This document shows positions 53,348-64,000 of a stretch of DNA of 64,000 bases, in pieces. The first letter of the stretch is position 1. Each line of letters begins with the position of its first letter. Origin of the DNA: Owenia fusiformis (Eukaryota). The notes beneath the pieces are model-generated. The model was not told the origin of the DNA and ran no database searches. It saw nothing but the letters and a program-made list of their open reading frames with translations. The stretch is from the NCBI GenBank assembly GCA_903813345.2, contig CAIIXF020000001.1, forward strand, positions 18,104,001-18,168,000, in the 5' to 3' direction. The translations under genes and the position numbers were made by a program.

Positions 53348-56300
53348 GTGAGTACACAATTATACCTTTACTAAGTTATACACACTTATATATTTGTAAT
53401 TTTAGAATTTTCCATTTTTTTATTGAACTTCAGAAACATTCAACATATTGTTTAAATGTTTTTTCGATGTTCAATATTCACATTTTCTGCTGGTCTCTAG
53501 TGTACATTTGCATACTGCAGTTTGCTGGCGGTTGTTTAGGAGCACTAAGTATAGCAATATGGGAGTGTAGGGTGTTACGCGTTCGGATTTTCTAAACGTT
53601 TTCGACATCGCAACGATTGATATTGGACGGTTGTTGTAAAAATACATTATGCCCTCCTAAATTCAGGATTAAGCTGCTTTGGAACTAATTCTGATTTGAT
53701 TAATACTACAACATTCAGAAAAGAAACGTATTTCATAAAACGAAATTTCAGCAATCTAAAAATGCTCATTGGATGTTAGAATATACACTTAATAGTACAA
53801 TAATATTATTAAACAATGTTGAAAATAATACCTTCTGATTCACCACAGTCAAGACAATCTCAAAGCTTATATGCAAACATAAATTCCTAAAAATCAATAT
53901 AACTAACATCGTGATAATATTTCTAGTAATTTTTCAAATTTCCCAAATTTTATAAATGAAATACGAACATGTCTTAAATTCAAATATATCTAGGGGAATA
54001 CTATTCAGATGTAAAATGAAAATATTCACCATTCGTTAATTTCACTAAAGTTGCAAACTTAGTTTTCAAATGGATATACAAATGCCCAAAGCGACCAATG
54101 AGGAAATAGAGCTCATTATTTATGCCGGCAAAATACTCTAAAGGCCAAAGGTTATGTTTTGAATCGTGACTCGCTCTATCTGCTCATTTGTAATGTGTAT
54201 GTGCGGGGATACAAGGGCGAAAAGACAATGTGATTGCAACAATGTTGAAGTCAAGTTTTATATCATTTTAAAATGTTCAAAAATACACAAATTTAATTTC
54301 TATTAAATGCCTTTCGTATTCTGATTGTAAGATACTTGAGCCACAGTTAAATAAGATTATTAAAGGTTGTTAGGATTCCTAAAGGGGTACTTATAAAAAA
54401 CGGTTTCATGTGGAAGGGTCAAATTCCACGAAGAAATGAATATTAGTTAATGAATTAGTAGCATTCCAAAGAAATGAGAACGTTTGTGTTCATTTAGAAT
54501 CTTCTGATGAAACGGGATCTGTCGGAATTTATTGCATTTGACGAATATTCTTAATAAAAAAGCAATCTTCTAATGTTAGCATAACGTCTATATTTGAGTA
54601 ATCTATCATATTGCCATGATATAAAGTTTATTGCTAAACCAAGAAGATCTATAGTCGCTTACTAAAAAGTATGAGAGGATATTGCATGTGATGACGTCAA
54701 TCAAATTTGTATTATGTATAGAGTTACCCTCCAGATGACTCTAGCTTCATCAATAATCCACGAATATCGATATCATATGCATGCATGTGTAAGGGTTATG
54801 AGCACGTTATAAATCATCGTTTATTTTTTTTAATACTATTTTCAGAGGATTACGTTTACTAGCTTCGTTTTGTATAATTGCTTTCCACTTTTGTTAAGTT
54901 GATCATATATTTGTCATGCTTTCTTCATAGTATTCATATATTTCTGGCCATCCGTTGAATTTTATTGTTGATCTTTATTGCTCATAATGAAGGTACAAGT
55001 CGTGTTGCTTTTACAACATTTAGTGAAAAATAAATGTACAATTTACAAGGAACATATACATAAGCACGTGTCACTGATGTAAATCAACAAATGAGCCAAA
55101 TCTCTGGAGTTATATGGAGTTGTACAGGGCAAAGGAGTTGGCCACAACCCAGGCCACACTCACTGTTCAGTAGTTATTCCATAAAAATGAATCATAATCG
55201 ATATGTACAATCATGAGATTACCACGTTGAAAAATGTTTATTTTATGCTGCCGAATATATGTAATATTGAAATTCAATTTTAGAACCAGAACAGTATTGC
55301 AGTTTTGTTCACAAAACTAGAAATAAAATGGAAAAAGTTTGTATACGTGTTTTTCATTATACTTGACTGTGTGTCTGCCATGCACTGTAGCAAAGCGGTT
55401 AGGTTATCCTAATCTAGCTGAGAATGATATACGTTGCTAAAAAGAGAAAACACATATGCAAACATTTACAATGATATACATGCCAAGATTGAATAATATC
55501 ATCACTTATCATTGCCAAAGGCTTGCTTTAAATTACACGTACATTCTGACATTGGAATTGTTTCAATGACATCCGCTCCAATTTAATGGCGCGTGTGTCG
55601 ATATTTTCCTTGATCAATGCGCCATTTTATGCAGGCGGTCTTCTTCGGAACTAAATCCAAAATGGCGCCCAAAACATTGATTGTCGTAAAATTATATCTT
55701 CTTGCTTTGATTTTGTTTCATTTATAGTCGTGCGAGTGTTCATATGAAAGTGGAGATCATTATTGTTTATCAATGTTCTTAAATAAGAGTGGATACCATT
55801 GCAAATAATCAGTTTTTGAACGACGGATCACATTTCAACGGATAACGGTAATCAGGTAACGCCATAGACGATACTGTTTTAGATTATGTATTATATTACA
55901 ACAGTTCTACAATCTACAGACGATTGTGTACAGTTTATTCATTGAAGTTTGCCATCACTGCAAATATAACATTTGGAATGTCATATATTCCTGCAATTGA
56001 CCAGCCCAGTTTGTGTCCTTCTTATAGCAGTTCATTAAAATCGCGACTGTACATGTAGTACAGTTTGATGATAAAACAAGAGTACAAATTTTGACTTTTT
56101 GATCAACAAATTGTCATAAATTAATTATTACTATATTTGAATTACATAGTATTAACGTGTACGTGAAGTTTTCCAGGGGATTCTATTCTCATAATGACAA
56201 TTATATCTGTTATATTTATCTAAATCATTTTCAAATGAATCTGCGTATACATGTCTTTAAGTATGCAAGGATAAAATAAAATAAGTCCATAACGTCTCCC

Positions 56301-58062
56301 GTTTTCGTTTGAAACTAAAGTATTTAATCATATATTTTCATAAAACAATTTTCTGAAATGAATTGTTTAAAGTTGATGAAACTGGATGTATGTTATTTAA
56401 GCTTTAACTTGTTTACTCTATCGCTTGTCAAAGTAATATTAACCTTTGTCACCAGTGTATTATTATACGTATTTTAAGTATAGTATGAAATATATACTGA
56501 ACATATTATTATTATTTCCTAAATATGAAATAAGAAAGTTTTATATAATGGGCATTAAATCTCCGTGGGAAGAAATGTCTCGTTTTACTAAGAGTGTTAC
56601 AAGGGAATCTTTGTTCTGCTCTCCATTATTTTCCAAAATCTCATAATTATGTCATGTATGGATCCTTAGTTTTCTATTTTCTCATTTTCAACGTGCAGAT
56701 AAACATTTTAATTATTCATTCTTATTTTCTAGAATATATACCTTTATATATCTACGTACTTAACGACATCGTAGTATTTAATACAATTGTAAAGTCTCGT
56801 TTTATATTAGAAAATTGCGGAGTTTCGGAGTTCTATATGAATAATCACTATAATTATACTCGGAATTATGATACGGATTAACATCGTCTTAGCGGTCATT
56901 TACATCCTGATGGATATGTCACGAGGTGTTTAATTACACTGTTCTAACGAGTTTTCTTCATATTTACCATTCAATATGTACTTATAATTGCATACATACT
57001 CCTTATTCTTGCTTTTGTAGTATCAAGTATATGGTCATTGTTATCATCATTATCGTTGTTTTTAATTGGGGGATTTGGCAGACTATACATGCATATTGTA
57101 CTTGAAGTGTTGTAATTATCATTAAGCCTTGATATATTTGATCATTTGTGAAATAATATGGATTTTAATTTATCGCATATCACATATCCGTTTGCCACAA
57201 TAAATCAATACTTATAGTTTTCTCGTTTTATTGAACATAATCTACATAACGCCAGTTTATTTAAAGTGCCTGCAATCTAAAGTTATTTGATAGCATGTGT
57301 AACAATAGGCAAAAACATGACCGTAAAATCACTTTTTGTACATATGCAATAATGGTCTGTTGCAGTGACTATATATATTTCTATATTATACTTTATCAAG
57401 TTGTGTGTTCTGACATCATAACGAATGGAATATTTCCAGGCTTGTAGGAAACAATAAACTCAATTATGTTTTGTAATTATCCAACGTGTATCATTTCCCA
57501 GAAATTATTTCATAATTTTTCTAAAGGTTTTGACTAAAGACCATCAATGTGATATCCATTTGAACCCATATCGATTTCTCATTGGGGCATTTTAGTACGG
57601 TTTCTGGTTTGCACTTGCCTACATAAAATAAAACTATTTAAATTGTTTCTGTTTTGAAAATGTTAATAGGTATATTTCATTCCATGTTCAACAGTGGCAG
57701 TATAGGATTGGCAAATGCACACATATTATAACATACATGTCGAGACACTTTCATAAACCTTTCATTGTTTTATTTATGTATTTCCCATTCCATCTCGCTT
57801 GAGTGCGGGTTTGGATTTATATTATTCAAATACATATATCTTGAATGTATTGCTTAATTGTTAATGAGTTCTTCTTGGGATGTCTCATTAAAGTTGGACA
57901 CCAAATGACCCAATACTCATTTTGATTAGGGCTCACTCATTCTGAAACACTGGCCATTTCCGCCTCACCCACTACAAAGTAAATGATAGGGACTGTCATC
58001 TCTCACAATGGATTTTATCCATGCCCCGAATCACAAAAAGTAAACAAAAACTCAAATGCATC

Positions 58063-58111
58063 GGTACATAGAACAAGTCACGAATGGTACATAGAACAAG
58101 TCACAAATGGT
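58063..58111. repeat. 23-bp tandem duplication
   Basis: ggtacatagaacaagtcacgaat followed by ggtacatagaacaagtcacaaat. Confidence 0.85.
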
Positions 58112-60326
58112 TCTACAGACATTCAAAACCAGAATGATGTCACGCGATCACTGATCAAGATTGATTGATTAAGAAAGATTGAAACAATCGATGGAATAAA
58201 AAGGTCGTCGTTTCTGAAAATATAGTTAGCGAGATTGTTAGACTCGGAATTGCATCACATGAAGAACGATACGCATTTATCTGAATTATACTATATTAAC
58301 TTCTAGAAGATGATACGCCCAGGGGGTTTAAAAGACCGACAGTTGGGATTAAAACTAATGATACTGGTTCTGTAAAGTAAATTAAGTCACAGCCACCAGG
58401 GAATCGATTTCCCTAGAAGAGATGAACCAAAAACACCCCAATCCCAACATAATCTTGTTGGCATCAACAAGCATCAATCACCTGGGAAACGCTACATTCA
58501 TTCTATAGGGATTATTTAATTAAATCCCAATGGCATTTTCAGAGATGTAATAAATTAATCAAACTAATGTTATTTTTACAGTTAAGTGATATCATGAATT
58601 AAGAAATGTGTTTCCATTTGTGCTCAGGTTGGTATTGACTGCTACCTTCTATATGTATTGCATTGGTATGGAAATTTATATGAACTTTTGTTTAAATAGG
58701 TAACACCAAACACACTTTATATTCGTCTCACAATGTCAATGTCAAGTCAAGACGCTTACGTGATCTTACTTGCTGATGTTTTTCTTTGACGGTATTAGTT
58801 AAGTTGAATAATGATGTAAAAGGCAGGCACCTTATTACGTAAGTTATTAAATTAACAAAACACTTCGTTCACATATCCAATGGTATGCAAAGCATACGGA
58901 ATTATCAACGGTTGACTAGATATATAATGTGAAATTGGATAGGATAATTGCTGCCATGTAAGGTATGTTGAACTGAATAATGATGATCGGGGTTATGTAT
59001 ATGCAATATTATATCTAACAGAATGGGCAATATGCTATATCTTATATCGTTGAAACTTTCCAGACATTTTTAAAATATATGTTGTGTACAGGGAGATCCA
59101 GGTCAAGCGATACTAGTCATTCATCAACTCATGGTAAACTAGTATTCCACATATTTCCCTGACAAGAACTATCACCAAGGCACTGTTTTATACCATGTTG
59201 AGAAGTGGCCTGGGATCAAATGTCTCAATTGTTCATATCGGTGAAGGGATACAGTTGCTTATATTTGTCTCCAGCTCCCTGATCAAATGCGCATACAACT
59301 TATTAAGAGGACTTATCAAGGGAAAGTTCCAATAATATCGGGTTACAATTAGCACTCCGAATTTTTCTATTAATTTGCCCATCCTTTTTGCGATATGTTC
59401 ATATTTACCGATACACTAACTTTGTTAATTTAAAATAGACTATTAGACTCATTCGAAATAATTACTTCATGTTACATCACTGATACCAAAGTTTCAACAT
59501 TAACCAAATCTAGGATGACGAAAAGACCAAACCCACCCTAAGTGCTCATTATCTCACTTGAAATATCTTAATATTGCACTGACAAAAGGATTTAAAACAA
59601 AGTCTACCAGTTTACCAGTTGCCATTTAGATAAATAAGTTATGTCATCCAAAAAGCACCAGCATTGTCTTCAAATATACATGAAAATACATGTATGCTTT
59701 ATAGTTCATGAACATATGTGGTTTGATCTAGCTATTGGTATGAATGTGGTTCGACTTCCAATTATTTTTCATTTGTAATTATAATCAGGTAACATAGGGG
59801 TATAGTGCTTCATTAACTTATTTGTATATTACATGTTCATCATTTTATAGATAACCAATAATATTTTGCTTTATCTAATGTTGCACCGATCCCTTCTCTT
59901 TTCAACATCACCGTACACATTATGAACTCATCTATAACACGGGAAATAAAAACTAATAGAACATAAAAGGAGGTGGTATATACCGCACATTTGCGATGCA
60001 TTTTGTCCTGTCCAGTTTTGCATTTTTGGTTCCCAAACTGATCCGGGTGTCAGCTTTGAAACATTTGAAAGTGCTCATTGACATTACAAGTAAAATTGTT
60101 GATTGACTTGTGGTGTTTTTGTTGAAGAAATCGGAGACTAGTGATATCTCTTCCACTCACCAGCGTGCCTCACTTGAAATAGACAAATGTACAAACTTCA
60201 TTTTATAGGGTATGTTCTGTTTTAGTACATGACATGTGCAGATGCTTATCAAAAAGGCATTTATAATATATGCTTGATTTCAGTTTGAAATGGAGTGACC
60301 TTAAATAACGAATTGTTTTTGTATGT

Positions 60327-60425
60327 ACAAGAGCACTTAAAAAGTTTGACACTGACAAAGGGGACGATGGACGATGGACGATGAGCTGGAGGCCTAAATC
60401 CCCTTTAATCAAACTTGTCGGACAT
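60327..60425. mobile_element. Possible remnant of a non-autonomous Helentron-associated (HINE-like) element
   Basis: acaagag start followed by a (ggacgat)3 microsatellite at 60362-60382, a layout typical of such elements. Very short and decayed. Confidence 0.25.
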
Positions 60426-63400
60426 TTTGTGTCGTTCACCCGAGGAATATGGGTGCTTGAAAAACCAAATAACGCATATGTCTGCGATCCCATGCAGTTG
60501 ATCAAGAATAGAATTGTTAAAATAATTCCTTAATTTCATAATCTTGAATTTCATAATGCGATCACCAATTCATATTCACATTGCGTCTAACGACTTGAAA
60601 AATAACATAAAATGAAAACGTGTAGTTAAATTGTGTAGCCAATCTACAAAGTTTAACTTAGGTTCGTATGTTTCCATTTTATAGTATAGGTCAGCCCGAT
60701 AGATGCGTTCGCCTGATGGCCTTGTTTCTTGACAAGCATGCCCATTTATGCAGCGATTCTAAATGTCAAGTAATGCAAAAATAAGTTAAATATCATTTGA
60801 TTCGTTAAAGTTATCAAGTATGTAGTTCCACTGGAATCTGCTCATGTTGGACATCTGATTCGTCAAAATAGATCCTATATAATAGCCAATTATTACTCTA
60901 GATATATAAACATAAATATATGAAAAATAGGTATAAAAGAAAATTCTGGTTATGCTAAGTACTGGGTTATACTATAGTTTTACTTTATGATGTAATGTAA
61001 TATTCTAATATTTTATACGCATTATAGCCTATTGTTTCAAGTGCCTCAACGTGTTGAGAATATATGGCAAAGTTGTGATTTACTTTTTTTATTTTTCTTG
61101 TTTGGTCTTAAATAATGTCATGTATATTGTATTTAAAAGGCCTAGTGAATAATTCTTATAACGATTTGCGTGTGTTTTTGTTTCAGACAACCTTGCCGCT
61201 AAACGGAAAAATCTCTGTTTATTTTCAAAAATGTTTTTTTCCTTCCAGATTAGAAAAGTGAATCAAATCTTGTTTTGTGTTTTCAGTGGAGATTTAATCT
61301 CGGCTGAAATCTTGTTGTTTCTGACTTTGAACCGAACAGTATAAGTGCAATATTCAATATAACATAATATTTTATATATACTATAACATTATATAATATA
61401 GTATAATATAATATAATTGCTATTCTTGGCTCAACTTTTTGGAAATATCAGTATCATTTCGTTGATCTGAACTTCATTGAACAGATGCTGCTCTATTTTT
61501 CAAATATTTTCCGGTTTGCTCCATTGACGAATTCATTTTAGATGATTTGTGATTTTTTCAATAGATTGCAAAGTTCATAGGGTGTCACTTTTAAGTGTGT
61601 TAAATTTATGGTTTACATGTTGTTCCTATTTTTGTGATTATATCAGGAACTCTGCACTACACCATACCATTTGTATTAAACCCAATCTATCGGTTCTGGT
61701 CAAAAGAAAGAGGGGAGGTCAAGGACGTCGCCCATCTCCGAAAAAATGCGAGGTGAATTTAGATAGATGAAGCAAAACATCGGGACATAACTTTTACAAT
61801 TTCTTGACCGAAATGGTCTCAAATATATTTCTTTGTAAAATTACGGTCGTCTGCTTCACAGCTTGCTACGCTTTTAAGGACAATTGGGAAACATATACCT
61901 TGAATGCTAAATACAGAATAAAATACTTTAAAAATCAAAGATGCAATTTTACTGTAGTTACACAGGGAGTGGCCAGTCTTCCATGCCGAACTTTTGATTT
62001 TTTATGTTATTCATCGAGTTCCTATTGTGAGAAATACGCATGCCGCTGTATACTTTTAACGTCACTAATATTAGCAATGTACTATTTAACTATAGGGCAT
62101 ATAGTTATTTTGGTTTTAGATTTCACTATTTATTTATGTTATGAAATTCCAGTTTTTCAGAAGTGGTGTCTAGCGTAAGCTGTTATACTGTGTAGAACAT
62201 TGTCTTAGCATTCATCACATCTGTGATCATATGCTACTGAGATTTTATCTTCAAGCTTATGGGGAACATGATTAGCGACACACTGAATCTAACTTTTGAT
62301 TTGGTATCAACATCAACATAAGGGGTTATAACAATTGTTTCAAAATAGTATTTGAAAAATGATTACTTTGATTTTTGGGATGTTTGGGTATTGTTTCCTT
62401 TAATTTCTCAATTTTTACCGATGGTGTTTTTCTATACGAGATTCATTTCTGTGAGATAGGATTCCATTTTTTTCCAGATCGTGAACAATGTAATGGTTTC
62501 CATCGAAGGAAATGCTCAGTTTTAATATTGCAGATGAGTATAATGATAAAGTGGATATAATCGATCTATACAAATGGAAAGTTTGCATGGCAAACATCTT
62601 TTCAATTTATATCAACGAAGGCATATCAATTCACTCGTCATATATCACGAAACTCAATCCATCACCCAAGTAATTGAATATACCTTCGGACCAGTTCATC
62701 TTGAGCTTTCAATGGCAAACAATATCTCATGCAATTCGTAATTCGTTGAATCTGTTTTGCATCTCATTTCAAGTGTCATTGGAGTGTGTGGTGTTCTCAT
62801 CCTAGTTGTAGGAAAGAATAATCTGTACTTATATCCATAATGTATCATATTATTGTTTTGTTTTATCTTGTGGAAATTAAGGGAAAATAGCTTAGTCTTG
62901 TATTGCTTTGTATTGTATTGTAGATTTTTGGATGTCTTGGAATGCTTTTCAGAATGCAAAAATACTGAAAAACGCAACAAACAACCCTAAAACAAAATTA
63001 TAAAATTCTGGTCACCATTTCCAACTACCTTGAAATGGTTCATTTCTAAAAATCTCAAAAGAATATTCTTAAGATATGTAATATAGTATCTTGGTTTGTC
63101 TAGTGACAGTATCCTGTATGCGGGCCTGTATGGCATGGTCAATTTCAAATGCTGGATGTTTTTTCCTAAATGGACAGTGTTGTAATGCCAATGTTCTATT
63201 AAAAGATGGCACTTTTGACCGATACATCTGTCTGTTTTCATGTGCCTCAAGATACATATGTAAATGTAAACGTTTTCACAGCGTCTAATGTGAACTCACA
63301 AGTGGCAACATTTGAGATAAAAAACACATTGCAGATAAGAAACAAAATAACCACATTTTCTCAAATTATCAGTAGTTCATTCACGAAATAATCGAACATT

Positions 63401-64000
63401 CAAAAGGTGTAAATGTTAATCAGTATTTCTCTCAATAGTTAGGATAATAGATAAAATAAGCAAACATAAGCAACATTTAAAACTCATTTCAATGCCATGT
63501 GCATGTTTGTATGTACATTTTGTTATTTATTATAATACGACTGTTGTGTATATAAATACAATATATTCATTTGAATGTCCGATATGTATAAAAACACACG
63601 AATATATTGTGAATGTGCAACCATAATTCAATGCGAATGTTTACTATGTTTACTATAGCATCTCCATCACATTAAGATAGTAAATATATTTTATGGCACA
63701 AGAAACAGACTAACCCTGTATATTATTTTCATGAATGCCAGACTGTGAAATAAATTATGTTTTCGTGATTCAGATCATGTGCATGTTTTGTGTACTTTAG
63801 TATCTAGAGCTTTCTGGGTGTTAAACTTGATTGTGTAAATCCATTAATTCTTCAGACTTTGCTGGTGTCTCCATCTAGTGGCATGTCGTGTTACTAATTC
63901 TAAGCAACTACATGTTTTATTAAAACGTAAAACCACAACTTAAAACATAAACGTTTATAATTTTAAATATAAGGACTGCATTGCGTTTCTCAACAATAAA

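Noticed and set aside
1510..60150. Partial look-alikes of conserved miRNAs (miR-1 at about 1513, miR-133 at about 25484, miR-750 at about 41462, miR-7 at about 60133)
   Set aside because: Only partial 5' matches, with no full mature sequence or precursor hairpin.
60161..60172. Minus-strand 12-nt micro-exon (tttcaag|TGAGGCACGCTG|gtgagt)
   Set aside because: Too short to distinguish from chance, and no other minus-strand gene evidence.
1441..63391. The supplied six-frame ORFs (60-161 aa)
   Set aside because: They are short, biased to F/I/L/K/Y as expected for AT-rich non-coding DNA, often start at TTG/GTG, and show no recognisable domains. Several simply overlie palindromic repeats (e.g. 13238-13543, 40841-41095, 41998-42252).

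Overview
AT-rich eukaryotic, almost entirely non-coding DNA (about one-third GC by eye), most likely from an invertebrate animal; the repeat types resemble those of marine invertebrates (inference). None of the supplied ORFs looks like a real protein. I see no prokaryotic operon, CRISPR array, rRNA or intact tRNA. Well supported: a young 74-bp tandem array with higher-order structure (14853-15926), a 2.2-kb foldback element with a perfect 121-bp internal inverted repeat (37052-39272), TA-flanked Tc1/mariner-type MITEs, several hairpin-ended non-autonomous elements and tiny TAG...CTA palindromic elements. Less certain: two phase-compatible + strand exons (49821-49839 and 53243-53347) that would encode the N-terminus of an unidentified large-intron gene, with promoter-like islands at about 5.6, 30.2 and 49.4 kb. 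I cannot support a new multi-gene system here. The best leads are the unannotated exon pair and the unusual repeat architectures.
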